Counted from the stretch's first letter, positions 49,175 through 59,156 are shown. The stretch is 64,000 nucleotides of DNA from Bacteroidales bacterium UBA4814 (GCA_002402465.1 DHFW01000004.1:19772-83771); one strand, 5' to 3'. Notes: generated by a model not told the origin, from the letters alone. Numbers and translations are program-made.

Positions 49175-50344
49175 TTATCTGAACGTTTCGGCCAGTAATT
49201 CTTCGAGTTGCTGCATGGAGAGGCCGCGCGCCATGATGCGTCCTTCGCGGTCGATAAGGACATTATAAGGTATGGCTTCTACATTGTAAAGACTTACCAC
49301 GGGTGAGTTCCAAAAGCGCAAATCACTTACCTGTATCCAGTCAATCTTATCCTCTCGTATGCCCTGCAGCCACTGCTCGCGGTTACGGTCGAGCGAAATG
49401 CCATAAATCTCAAAACCCTGCCCGCGGTAATTGTCGTAAAACTCTTTCAACTTGGAATTGGCCAGCCTGCAAGGGTTGCACCAGGCCGCCCAGAAGTCGA
49501 TGAGCACCACCTTGCCGCGCAGCGCCGACAGGGCCACATTATTGCCCTCCGGATCGGGCATCACCACCTCTGGCGCCATATTTCCCACGGCCAGGGTCTG
49601 CTCCACCTCCTGCCTTTGCAGCTCGCTGCGCTTCCACTCGTTTACGCGCCGCGTCAGGTCGACCACGTGTTTATTGCCAGGGTAAACCTCCGACAAGGAT
49701 GAGGAAAGTTTTTCGAAATACTCAAAATGCTCAGACTCTTTGAGCAGCACCTGGTTGCCAAAAAACTGGTAGAGGGCAATGATGGAAGCCAGGGAGTTGG
49801 AATGCTTGTCGATAAAGTCCATTACATATTGCTGCTGTTGCTCAAACACCTTGGAATAGGCCAGGTCCACTTCCTGCCGCAGCTCCAGAAAATTATCCTC
49901 GGCTTGTATTTCACGAAAAATACCGGCCAGCGAATCTATCTTGCGGTAGCTCTGGTGCTTGGCCTTGTTGAGATCAGCCAGCAGCTGCGAGCCTTCTGAG
50001 CCTTCCACCTGATAGGTTAGCGGCAGGTTGTTGGCATCGCCCGCAATTTTCAGCTTTTCACCGGGTTCGAGCAAAAGGGTGATAAAGTTGCTGCGATCCA
50101 CGCGCAGGATAAAAAACCCGGGCGAATCAATATTCCCCGAAAGGGAAAAATACCCCTGGTCATCGGTGGTCACAGTATCAACCGGAATCAGGTTGTTGGT
50201 TGTAAGCTCTTCGAACAGGAGCTGGGTGGATGCTGCATTTTCCAGGGTTCCTTCCAGCTCGAAGGCAGCTTCGCCGCTAAACCTGCCATTGCTGCAAGCA
50301 AAGGCTATGGCCGAAAAGATCGAAAGAATAAACAGTTTCCGCAT
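49175..50344 (-). CDS. TlpA/AhpC-TSA family thiol-disulfide oxidoreductase lipoprotein (DUF4369-type N-terminus)
   Basis: Lipobox AFAC; GKVVLIDFWAAWCNPCR, GISLD and IP.NVLIDREG motifs. Confidence 0.88.
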   Translation of the reverse strand: MRKLFILSIFSAIAFACSNGRFSGEAAFELEGTLENAASTQLLFEELTTNNLIPVDTVTTDDQGYFSLSGNIDSPGFFILRVDRSNFITLLLEPGEKLKIAGDANNLPLTYQVEGSEGSQLLADLNKAKHQSYRKIDSLAGIFREIQAEDNFLELRQEVDLAYSKVFEQQQQYVMDFIDKHSNSLASIIALYQFFGNQVLLKESEHFEYFEKLSSSLSEVYPGNKHVVDLTRRVNEWKRSELQRQEVEQTLAVGNMAPEVVMPDPEGNNVALSALRGKVVLIDFWAAWCNPCRLANSKLKEFYDNYRGQGFEIYGISLDRNREQWLQGIREDKIDWIQVSDLRFWNSPVVSLYNVEAIPYNVLIDREGRIMARGLSMQQLEELLAETFR

Positions 50345-50458
50345 AAAAGAGGCAGATTAGTAAGCAGCAAATTTAAAAGATTTGACTGCGGAGCGGAAGC
50401 TTTTAAGATTTTTTAACCTAGCACAGGCAAGTAAATCAGCACCCTGTGAGAGGGTTCT

Positions 50459-50980
50459 TTACCTGCCGCGTTTTTCGGGTTTGTCGAGCAACAAGAACCC
50501 AATTAAAACCATAAGCGTGGTGATGCCGCCGCTAAGGCCAATGCGTCCGAGAGTAATCCAAAATTCGCTAAAGCGGAAAATTTCGAGGAAAAATAGCAGG
50601 CTATGATGCAGAAGTACCAGCAAAACAGTGTAAAGCAGAATCCATTGGATACCCATGTTGGACACCATGGGAATGGTGCCGGGGTCAAAGTCGGAACGCC
50701 CGGAAATCATTCGGATGATGCCTGGCCGGGCAAAGGCCAGCAATACAGTGGCTGCGGCATGCATGCCCTGGGTGTCGAAGAAAAGGTCGATGGTAAGCCC
50801 CATGCTAAAGCTGCTGAACAAAAGCAGCCAGCCCGGAATATCAATAGGCAACAGCAAAACAAACAGCACATAAACATAGGGGTTAATGTAGCCTCCAAAA
50901 CGGATGTTGTTCAGTATCAGTACCTGGATAACCACCAGGATAATGAAGTGTCCGATATGTCTTAAGATTCCGCTCCCCAT
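50459..50980 (-). CDS. mreD: Rod shape-determining protein MreD
   Basis: QVLILNNI..GYINPYVY and GLTIDLFFDTQGMHAAA motifs; follows mreC. Confidence 0.85.
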   Translation of the reverse strand: MGSGILRHIGHFIILVVIQVLILNNIRFGGYINPYVYVLFVLLLPIDIPGWLLLFSSFSMGLTIDLFFDTQGMHAAATVLLAFARPGIIRMISGRSDFDPGTIPMVSNMGIQWILLYTVLLVLLHHSLLFFLEIFRFSEFWITLGRIGLSGGITTLMVLIGFLLLDKPEKRGR

Positions 50981-50992
50981 ACTCTTATTTGA

Positions 50993-51829
50993 TTATCTGG
51001 CACCCGCCTGGGTTTGTTGTTCCAACTCCTGCAGTTCCTCATTCATAAGATCCTGCACTACCTGCACATATTTCAGGTTGTTGAAATCGGTGGCCAACTC
51101 CACCTTTGCGGTAAAAAAGTTGTCGCCCCGCCTGATCTCCACCTCACTGATGGTGCCAATGAAAATGTCAGGCGGAAAAATCACGGAAAATCCACTGGTC
51201 ACAAGGGTGTCGCCGGGATTCATATCTACATGGGTAGGAATATAGGCGAGGGTTCCTTCACGAAAGTGGTATCCTTCCCAAAGCAAAGTGCCAATATAGT
51301 CGTTTTTCTTTAGCCGGGCAGAAATCTGCATATCCTTGTGCAGAAAGGAGATAACCGAGCTAAAGTTTTCCGACACATTGGCCACAATTCCCACCACCCC
51401 GTTAAAGGTAATCACTCCCATATCAGGTTTGATACCGTGCCTGCTGCCTTTGTTGAGCGTCAGGTAGTTGTTGCGCCGGTTCACCGTGTTGCTGATTACC
51501 TCGGCATTAATATAACTGAACCTGCGGTTGTAAAGGGTGTCGCGAAAGGTAAACACCTGCCGGTCGGTTTTCAGGAAAGATTCGGTGGTAAATTGCAGCA
51601 GGCGTGCATTTTCTTCGGCCAGTTGTTCATTTACCCTGCGCAAGGAAAAATAATCGGTAATACTTGAGCTGAAGCGGTAAAAGTTGCCCGCCACAAAGTT
51701 GGCCGAGCTTGCAAACCAGGCCCGCTGATAGTGCTGGTGCTGGATAACCAATAACAAGGCCACCGTTTCGAGCAGCAGAAACAGGAAGAAGAAATAATAC
51801 CTGATTATGAAACGGAACAGGTTTCGCAT
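50993..51829 (-). CDS. mreC: Rod shape-determining protein MreC
   Basis: N-terminal TM and coiled coil (LAEENARL); LNKGSRHGIKPDMGVI..GVVGIV and GDTLVTSG motifs. Confidence 0.92.
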   Translation of the reverse strand: MRNLFRFIIRYYFFFLFLLLETVALLLVIQHQHYQRAWFASSANFVAGNFYRFSSSITDYFSLRRVNEQLAEENARLLQFTTESFLKTDRQVFTFRDTLYNRRFSYINAEVISNTVNRRNNYLTLNKGSRHGIKPDMGVITFNGVVGIVANVSENFSSVISFLHKDMQISARLKKNDYIGTLLWEGYHFREGTLAYIPTHVDMNPGDTLVTSGFSVIFPPDIFIGTISEVEIRRGDNFFTAKVELATDFNNLKYVQVVQDLMNEELQELEQQTQAGAR

Positions 51830-51899
51830 TCAGCAAGCAATATTACAAACAGCACAGGCCGGCCTTATGGGGACGGCCCGGGCAGTGTCGCCGTTAATT

Positions 51900-52922
51900 T
51901 TATTTTATCAGGAACGGGAATTTGTCGAAATTCTTGAGCGCGATGCCCGTTCCCCTGGCCACTGCGCGCAGCGGATCTTCGGCCACGTGCACCGGCAGTT
52001 TGGTTTTGAGGGCAATACGCTTATCGAGGCCCCGAAGCAGCGAGCCTCCGCCAGCCATATAAATGCCCGTTCGGAAAATATCGGCAGCCAGCTCGGGAGG
52101 CGTCATCTCCAGGGCATTAAGCACCGCCGCTTCAATTTTCGAGATCGACTTGTCAAGCGAGTGGGCCACCTCCTGGTAGCCAACCGTAATTTCTTTCGGA
52201 ATACCGGTCATCATGTCGCGTCCATGCACCGGTAAATCCGGCGGTGGGTTCTCAATATCGGTAATGGCTGCACCCACTTCAATCTTAATTTTTTCTGCCG
52301 TGCGCTCACCAATCAATATGTTGTGCTGCTTTCGCATATACTCCATGATGTCGGTGTTGAAGTCGTCGCCCGCAATGCGAATGGACTTGTTGCAGACAAT
52401 GCCGCCAAGGGCAATCACGGCAATCTCGGTGGTGCCACCACCCACGTCGATGATAATGTTTCCGGAAGGCTCCAGCACATCAATGCCGATACCAATGGCC
52501 GCAGCCATGGGTTCGTGAATAAGCCTTACTTCCTTTGCGCCGGCCTGTTCGCAGGAATCGCGCACGGCACGCTCTTCCACCTCAGTAATGCCAGAGGGGA
52601 TGCAGATCACCATTTTGAGTGAAGGGGGGAACAAAGGCTTTTTTGTGTCGATCATTTTAATCATGGCCCTGATCATGGCCTCAGCGGCCTGGAAGTCGGC
52701 TATTACCCCATCGCGCAGAGGACGCAAAGTCTTGATGTTTTCATGGGTCTTCCCATGCATCATCATAGCCTTCTTCCCAACAGCAATAATTTTTCCGCTC
52801 AAACGGTCGATGGCTACAATGGAGGGTTCCTCCACCACTACCTTGTCGTTATGAATGATGACCGTGTTGGCGGTACCCAGGTCAATGGCAATTTCCTTGG
52901 TTAAAAAAGAGAACAAACCCAT
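51900..52922 (-). CDS. mreB: Actin-like rod shape-determining protein MreB
   Basis: IAIDLGTANT, RPLRDGVIADF, EPMAAAIG, DVGGGTT and GGGSLLRG motifs. Confidence 0.97.
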   Translation of the reverse strand: MGLFSFLTKEIAIDLGTANTVIIHNDKVVVEEPSIVAIDRLSGKIIAVGKKAMMMHGKTHENIKTLRPLRDGVIADFQAAEAMIRAMIKMIDTKKPLFPPSLKMVICIPSGITEVEERAVRDSCEQAGAKEVRLIHEPMAAAIGIGIDVLEPSGNIIIDVGGGTTEIAVIALGGIVCNKSIRIAGDDFNTDIMEYMRKQHNILIGERTAEKIKIEVGAAITDIENPPPDLPVHGRDMMTGIPKEITVGYQEVAHSLDKSISKIEAAVLNALEMTPPELAADIFRTGIYMAGGGSLLRGLDKRIALKTKLPVHVAEDPLRAVARGTGIALKNFDKFPFLIK

Positions 52923-52950
52923 TATATAATGATTTTAAATTACGAACGTA

Positions 52951-54474
52951 TTAATGTTTGAAATGTCTGATGCCTGTAAACATCATTGCTATCCCTGCCT
53001 TGTTGCAAAAATCTATGGACTCCTGGTCTCTTACCGATCCACCTGGCTGCACAACCGCCGACACGCCTGCCTGGTGTGCAATTTCCACGCTGTCGGCAAA
53101 CGGGAAAAAGGCGTCAGAAGCCATAACCGCTCCCTGCAAGGGGTGGTTAAACTCCCTGGCTTTGGCAATGGCCTGCTTCAGGGCATCTACGCGCGAGGTT
53201 TGTCCGGCACCAATGCCTAGGAGCTTGCGGTCTTTTACCAAGGCAATAGCATTCGACTTCAGGTGTTTCACAACAATATTTGCAAAGCGAAGGTCATCCT
53301 CCTCCCCTGTTTCTGGCTTGCGAATGGTAACAGCCTGCCACTTTTCCTGGTATTCGTCCACCTTATCGCGGGTTTGCCAAAGCACCCCGTCGAGCAGCGA
53401 GCGGAACTGGCTGGCCGGTGTCGCCATCATTTTCTGCCTGAGCAAAATGCGGTTTTTCTTCTGCATCAGCACCTGAAGGCTGCCCTCTTCGTATCCGGGA
53501 GCTATGAGCACTTCAAAGAACATCTCATTGATAGCATACGCAATTTCAGGCGTTATGTTGCGATTGGCCATCAAAATACCACCGAAGGCAGAAACTGGAT
53601 CGCCGGCCAGGGCATCGTGCCATGCAGCCTCCAGGTGGGGCCGGCTGGCAATGCCGCAGGGATTGGTATGTTTTATTATGGCAAAGGTAGGCTCGCTGAA
53701 TTCTGCTACCAGGTTAATGGCGGCATCTACATCGAGCAAATTGTTATACGACAGGGCTTTGCCATGCAGTTGTTCAAAAAGGTGGTCGAACTTTCCGTAG
53801 TAGCGGCCTTGCTGGTGAGGGTTTTCGCCGTAACGCAGCACTACCGATTCGTTAATGCTAACCTTAAACGGGCTGAAATCGCCCTGGTTCAGGTAATGAA
53901 AAATGGCCGTGTCGTAGTGCGAGCTCACCATAAAGGCGGCAGCGGCCATGCGCCGGCGGTCTTCAAGGCTGGTTTGTCCCATTGCAGAATGCAGCATGTC
54001 AACCACTACGTCGAAATAATCGGCAGAAGGCACCACCATCACCTCGCGGTAATTCTTTGCGGCAGCCCTGATAAGGGAAATACCGCCAATATCGATTTTT
54101 TCGATCACCTCTTCATGGGAAGCCCCGGAAACCAGGGTTTCTTCAAAAGGATACAAGTCAACTATCACCATATCGAAAGCCTCAATATTGTATTCCTGAA
54201 GGTGTTGCTGATCCTGTTCCAAGTGGGTGCGGGCCAGTATGCCGCCAAAAACGGCGGGGTGAAGGGTCTTTACCCTACCGCCCAAAATGGATGGATAATT
54301 GGTTAAGCTCTCAACAGATTTTGCAGGTATGCCCAAAGAGTGAATATATTCGAGTGTTCCTCCGGTAGAAACCAGTTCCACATCCAGTTGATTTAATACT
54401 TCAATGAGCCTGCGCGAAGGCTCCTTAAAATATACGGAAACCAGCGCGCGCTGCACTTTTTTTAATTCTGTCAT
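52951..54474 (-). CDS. purH: Bifunctional AICAR transformylase/IMP cyclohydrolase
   Basis: STGGT, GGRVKTLHP, IDIGG, LRYGENPHQ, KHTNPCG, SDAFFPF and RHFKH motifs. Confidence 0.97.
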   Translation of the reverse strand: MTELKKVQRALVSVYFKEPSRRLIEVLNQLDVELVSTGGTLEYIHSLGIPAKSVESLTNYPSILGGRVKTLHPAVFGGILARTHLEQDQQHLQEYNIEAFDMVIVDLYPFEETLVSGASHEEVIEKIDIGGISLIRAAAKNYREVMVVPSADYFDVVVDMLHSAMGQTSLEDRRRMAAAAFMVSSHYDTAIFHYLNQGDFSPFKVSINESVVLRYGENPHQQGRYYGKFDHLFEQLHGKALSYNNLLDVDAAINLVAEFSEPTFAIIKHTNPCGIASRPHLEAAWHDALAGDPVSAFGGILMANRNITPEIAYAINEMFFEVLIAPGYEEGSLQVLMQKKNRILLRQKMMATPASQFRSLLDGVLWQTRDKVDEYQEKWQAVTIRKPETGEEDDLRFANIVVKHLKSNAIALVKDRKLLGIGAGQTSRVDALKQAIAKAREFNHPLQGAVMASDAFFPFADSVEIAHQAGVSAVVQPGGSVRDQESIDFCNKAGIAMMFTGIRHFKH

Positions 54475-54552
54475 GATACTGAAAAGGGATAATTTTTCTC
54501 CTTACCTTTGCCCCCGAAAAATTGGCACGAAGTTAACTTAAATTTTCGGCAA

Positions 54553-55446
54553 ATGACTTTTGTATCCAAAGAAAAAATCTTCTCACGAAAGTGGTTTATT
54601 TCCTATTCGCTTATCACCTTGGGCTCCATCATCATGGCTGCCGGCTATGTGTTTTTCATAGCCCCCAACAAGATTGTTCCGGGAGGGGTGTATGGTATAG
54701 GCATTGTGCTTCACCATCTTATCGGCATTCCGGTGGGTCTTACCGGTCTGGCATTTAACATTCCTCTCACACTTATAGGGATTCGGATACTGGGCCCGCG
54801 CTTCGGCGTAAAAACCGTGGTAGGGTTCGTGCTGACTTCTGTATTCATCGATGGTCTTACCTATATCTGGGGCGATGTGCCGCTGGTACCCGACGATATG
54901 CTGCTCTCGAGTATTTTCGGAGGTGTGCTGATTGGCTTTGGCCTGGGCCTCATATTTAAGTCGAGGGCCACCTCGGGCGGCTCCACCATCATTGCCATGA
55001 TCATGTCGAAATACACTAAAATCCCCATCGGGCAAACCCTCATGGTAGTTGACTCTATCATTGTGCTCTTCGGGCTGGTAGCCTTTGGCGACTGGAAAAT
55101 CCCGCTATACTCCTGGATCGTGATCTACATCACTGGAAAGGTGATTGACGGCGTGCTGCAGGGTGTTTCGTACGAAAAAACACTGTTTATTGTCAGTGAG
55201 AAGTACAAGGAAATCTCCGAAAAAATTCTGGTTGACCTCAACCGCGGCGGTACTTTCCTCGAGGGAAAGGGCATGTACAACCAGGATGAGAAGAAGATCA
55301 TCTTCGTAAACGTAAGCCGCCGCGAAGTGGCCATTCTGCAGGATTTCATCAACGATATCGACCCCAATGCCTTTGTCACGGTAATTGATGCCTCGGAAAT
55401 ATTGGGCAAGGGCTTTAAATCGCTCAACGAGAAGGTGGCGGGCTAA
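54553..55446 (+). CDS. YitT family membrane protein
   Basis: PGGVYG, ATSGGS and DPNAFV..EILGKGF motifs; TACCTTTG at 54503-54510. Confidence 0.88.
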   Translation: MTFVSKEKIFSRKWFISYSLITLGSIIMAAGYVFFIAPNKIVPGGVYGIGIVLHHLIGIPVGLTGLAFNIPLTLIGIRILGPRFGVKTVVGFVLTSVFIDGLTYIWGDVPLVPDDMLLSSIFGGVLIGFGLGLIFKSRATSGGSTIIAMIMSKYTKIPIGQTLMVVDSIIVLFGLVAFGDWKIPLYSWIVIYITGKVIDGVLQGVSYEKTLFIVSEKYKEISEKILVDLNRGGTFLEGKGMYNQDEKKIIFVNVSRREVAILQDFINDIDPNAFVTVIDASEILGKGFKSLNEKVAG

Positions 55447-56696
55447 TCCCGATTTATCTTCATTTTCCTCCATTTTTGCATAATTGCACTGGAAGCGAAC
55501 ACCAGCATGGCATTCAGTATGATCACTCCAATAATGGCCAGGTGTATCTGGTCAAAATCAAATCCTCTTTCGAGGAAAAAGCTGTAGGCCACCGGCCCAA
55601 GGGCGGTGCTTACCACCATCACAAAAGTAAAAATACTCCTTACTGCACCCAGACTTCTGGTTCCATAGGTTTCGGCATAGAGGGCAGAAGTAAGCGGGGA
55701 ATTGATTCCGGCTGAGACACCCACCAGGAACCAAAATAGCGGAGCCGCAAGTGAATGCGAAAAACTGGACAGCACGAGAATCCCCAGTGCCATGGGCAGC
55801 AAGGTGAAAGGGAAAATACGACGGGCACTGTAGCGATCGATCATTGGCCCGGTGGCTATGCTGAAAAGAAAGGATGAGATAGCATACGCCAAAATGCTGG
55901 CGGCCATCCATTCAACCGACCAGCCTTTGTAATCTGCAATAAAAGTCTGGTAAAAAAATAGCGCGGTCAATAAAAATCCCACCAGGAAAACAGTTGGCGC
56001 AAACAGGTAAAAGTGGGGGCTGCGCACAATCTCCCGTTGTTTCCAAATGCGCTGTTCCTTTGGGCTCTGCTTCTCCTGAAGAACCCTTGCTTCAGTATCC
56101 TCCACCACTTTTTTGCCCTCAAATCCCCTGATAAGCCACAGGGCAAGTGGCAGCAAGGTAAGCAAAATAAAAACAGCACTTAAGGCAAAGGTTTCGCGCC
56201 AACCTATCCACAATATGATGGAGATCATGATAATGGGCAGCAGCCCCTCCCCTATGGGAAACCCCAGGTAGGCAATGCTCAGCGCTTTTCCCCTGGCACG
56301 GCTGAAATAGCGCCCAAGGGTAGTCATGGAAGTATGGCTGAGCAGCCCCTGCCCGAAAAACCGCAGCAGGTAAATAGCCACAAAGAGCATGGCCACATGA
56401 ACCGAAAAGGCGGCCAGCAAACTGGCGGTAATGATCCCGAAAATAACGATGAGGGTGAATCGCTTCAGCGGAATATAGTCGATGAGCTTTCCAAAAAAGA
56501 TCAGCGTGGTGGCGCTCAGCAAAGTAGCTATTGCATAAAGTCGGCTGAAAAAACTGCTGCTGATTTCAAACGACTCGAGTATGCCTGGGATATAAAGCGA
56601 CAGGATAAACGTCTGGCCGAAGCTCGAATACAGCGTCAGCAATACCCCAAACACCAGTATTTTGCGGTTCGAAAGAAAAAACCTCAGGTAGTTCAC
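55443..56696 (-). CDS. Major facilitator superfamily transporter
   Basis: About 12 hydrophobic segments; SSFGQTF, GKLID, RGKALS and GPMIDRY motifs; GTG start with TAGCTTTG at 56728-56735 (minus strand). Confidence 0.85.
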   Translation of the reverse strand: MNYLRFFLSNRKILVFGVLLTLYSSFGQTFILSLYIPGILESFEISSSFFSRLYAIATLLSATTLIFFGKLIDYIPLKRFTLIVIFGIITASLLAAFSVHVAMLFVAIYLLRFFGQGLLSHTSMTTLGRYFSRARGKALSIAYLGFPIGEGLLPIIMISIILWIGWRETFALSAVFILLTLLPLALWLIRGFEGKKVVEDTEARVLQEKQSPKEQRIWKQREIVRSPHFYLFAPTVFLVGFLLTALFFYQTFIADYKGWSVEWMAASILAYAISSFLFSIATGPMIDRYSARRIFPFTLLPMALGILVLSSFSHSLAAPLFWFLVGVSAGINSPLTSALYAETYGTRSLGAVRSIFTFVMVVSTALGPVAYSFFLERGFDFDQIHLAIIGVIILNAMLVFASSAIMQKWRKMKINRD

Positions 56697-56768
56697 GAAA
56701 GTGCAATAGAGATCAACAAAATTTTTGCAAAGCTATTAAAGAAATAACAGCTTTTGGCTTTTGGCTTA

Positions 56769-58937
56769 TTACTTATCCTTCCTGAAGGGCTTATCGCTTA
56801 ACAGGGGATTGTACATCATGTCGAAAGTGCCACCTTTGGTGACATGACCCACTGCGCGGTAATACTCTTTCCCAACAGGGTTTCCATCGGCATCGATGGG
56901 CTCGCCCTCTTCGTTCACTGCCACCAGCCCGGTAGGTGTGAACCCCTCTCCGTCTTCGTTGTAAGGCCGGCTGGTAATCACCGCCCCCACCGGAATAGGG
57001 CTGCCATCAGCGGCCAACACTTCTCCATCCGAACGGAAAGTAAAGGGCACATGATCGCTTTCGGTGCCAAACACATCCTTGCCCAGGTTGTAGCTTTGGT
57101 CGAGTACAATGCGGCGGTACAAAGCAATGTTGTTTTTCATGGTATTTTCTGAGGGATAAAATACCGATCCCTTGATAAACCACTGGTCTTTCTCGCGGTC
57201 GAAATACAGGTATTCGGCTTCTTGGGCATAATGGCGCATGAGTTTTTGCCGGTCGAGCAAACGGACTTTGCGTTCCTCCCTGGGCATAAACTTAAGCTGT
57301 TCGTCGTTGAGCAGCTCAGCCACGGGAAAGTTCAGCGCTAGTTTGTCGGCCATACCAAAACGGTTGGCATAATAGAGCAACTCCTGCTGTATTTCGCCGG
57401 GCATCACTCCATAAAGGTCGGCGCCCACCACGGTATAGTAAAAGTAACCCAGTTCGCCCATTCCGCTTTCTTCGTGCAGATAATCGTTGAGCCAGGTGTA
57501 TTGCGGGGTTTCGCTGTGGTACTTGCCATAATCCATCTCACCCCAGCCTTTTTCTCCGGGCAGCTTTCGCTGAAACGACCACACGGCATCAACGGTGTTT
57601 CCCACGTTGGCATGGCAGCCTATGCATTGTGCCAGCTCCTCGGTAGTTTGCGGACGAAGATTCCCAAAACGATCTTCTATATAAGCTGAGATGATCCAGC
57701 CGGCATCATTTTCAACCCAACCCTGACCTTCGCGGCCCACAAACTCGGCATAGCCATCCTCTTCATCGTCATGGTCTTCTCCTTCACCGATATCATCGAG
57801 GGTAACCTCTTTCCATTTATACATATAGCGAATTTCTTTTACGCGCTTTGAGCGGGTGCCAGGAAACTCATAATCTTTGCGGCCGCCGGTGAGCACACCA
57901 TCGAGTTCCTGCCCCATTTGCCCGTCGGCCATCAGGTCGACATAATGCAGCGGGTGGGCAAACTCGGTGCCTACCGGGTAAAATCCCTTGTCAACGGCTA
58001 TCTCGGAAGCATCGCCAAAATACTCCTTTTCCTGTGGCCGCAGATTCTTGATGTTCCGTTCGAGCAGATCGAGATTGTTTTTGTAGGTCGCCAGATCAAA
58101 CTCCCCCTCTGTGGTCATAAACATTTCAGGCAGCCTGACATAGATGCCCGACACACTTCCCGTTAAGGGCGTAAAAATGGTATAAGGGAAAAAATTGATG
58201 GCCCGCCAGCCAGTGTATCGCTCCTGCTGGTCGCGCACAAAGCCTTCAGTATCGACATATCCGTGCTTTCCGCCACCGGTTGGGTCAGAAGGATCATAGG
58301 GAAACAGGTGGTCGGGGTCGAGGGCCGGAAACATGATCCATTCGCTGTCGGGGTCTTGGAGGTTCACCCAATCGGTGTTTCCGTTGCCCCGTGCCATGGC
58401 AAAGGTGGCTCGCCAGTTGTCCACCCTCACATAGTCCACATCATCCGCATCGGGCAGTTCCAGGCCTTCGGTCAGCAGGCGCTCTTCGATTTCATGGGGC
58501 AAAATGATGTTGCGCCACAAAATATGGTTCAGGTTAGCCGTGGGGAAACTGTAAAGAATCTGGTCGTCGCCAATGTCGAAAGCATTGCCATGGCGGGCTA
58601 AAGTCAGGTAGTCGGTATGGCAGTATTTGCAGGCGTTCTGCGTGCCGTAGCTGGTCTCAATCCAGCACTGGGCCGGAATGTTGGGTTCTTCGTTGTAGCT
58701 GGGCTTGTAGGGTGCGCCCGAGCGGGCCTGGAAGTTGGCGGGTCCTTTGCCCAGCAGCCAGTTTTCGGCACTTATAACCTCGGCCTGAAGGCCGAGGGCG
58801 GCCAGTTCGGCCACTACCTCATTTTCGGGCTCAACAGTGCGCTTGCACATGGTAAATACCACAATCCCGGCAGCCAGCAAAAGTGCCAGGCGCCATGGCT
58901 GCAGCAACATCTTCAGTAAACTTTTCTTGGTCGTCAT
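56769..58937 (-). CDS. Uncharacterised lipoprotein with two CxxCH motifs (putative diheme cytochrome c)
   Basis: Hydrophobic signal ending FTM-C; CKYCH at 58617-58631 and CIGCH at 57612-57626; TATATTTG at 58974-58981 (minus strand). Confidence 0.6.
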   Translation of the reverse strand: MTTKKSLLKMLLQPWRLALLLAAGIVVFTMCKRTVEPENEVVAELAALGLQAEVISAENWLLGKGPANFQARSGAPYKPSYNEEPNIPAQCWIETSYGTQNACKYCHTDYLTLARHGNAFDIGDDQILYSFPTANLNHILWRNIILPHEIEERLLTEGLELPDADDVDYVRVDNWRATFAMARGNGNTDWVNLQDPDSEWIMFPALDPDHLFPYDPSDPTGGGKHGYVDTEGFVRDQQERYTGWRAINFFPYTIFTPLTGSVSGIYVRLPEMFMTTEGEFDLATYKNNLDLLERNIKNLRPQEKEYFGDASEIAVDKGFYPVGTEFAHPLHYVDLMADGQMGQELDGVLTGGRKDYEFPGTRSKRVKEIRYMYKWKEVTLDDIGEGEDHDDEEDGYAEFVGREGQGWVENDAGWIISAYIEDRFGNLRPQTTEELAQCIGCHANVGNTVDAVWSFQRKLPGEKGWGEMDYGKYHSETPQYTWLNDYLHEESGMGELGYFYYTVVGADLYGVMPGEIQQELLYYANRFGMADKLALNFPVAELLNDEQLKFMPREERKVRLLDRQKLMRHYAQEAEYLYFDREKDQWFIKGSVFYPSENTMKNNIALYRRIVLDQSYNLGKDVFGTESDHVPFTFRSDGEVLAADGSPIPVGAVITSRPYNEDGEGFTPTGLVAVNEEGEPIDADGNPVGKEYYRAVGHVTKGGTFDMMYNPLLSDKPFRKDK

Positions 58938-59035
58938 TTCCTTATGATTTGATGGTTAATTTTTTCCTGCCATCAAATATAAGGCTTAATTGCCTTTTCA
59001 GGAAGAGACCAGGCTCCTACTTTAAGTTTTAGAAG

Positions 59036-59059
59036 TTAATTTGAAATGGTTCTAAATAA
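59036..59059. promoter_or_regulatory. AT-rich palindromic operator candidate
   Basis: TTAATTTGAA-ATGG-TTCTAAATAA: 10-bp arms, 8 of 10 complementary, upstream of the diheme gene promoter. Confidence 0.45.
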
Positions 59060-59130
59060 GGTTTGGAGTTTGGGTTTGGAGTTCCTGGTTAAAGCCGGCA
59101 AGCAGGTTCGAAGTTCTAAGAAATAATTTC

Positions 59131-59156
59131 TCCTTTATCCTTTATCCTTTATCCTT
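59131..59156 (+). repeat. Heptanucleotide tandem repeat (TCCTTTA)x3 plus a partial copy
   Basis: Directly visible in the divergent spacer 58938-59265. Confidence 0.85.

Noticed and set aside
53263-54306. 347-aa plus-strand ORF
   Set aside because: Antisense shadow of purH.
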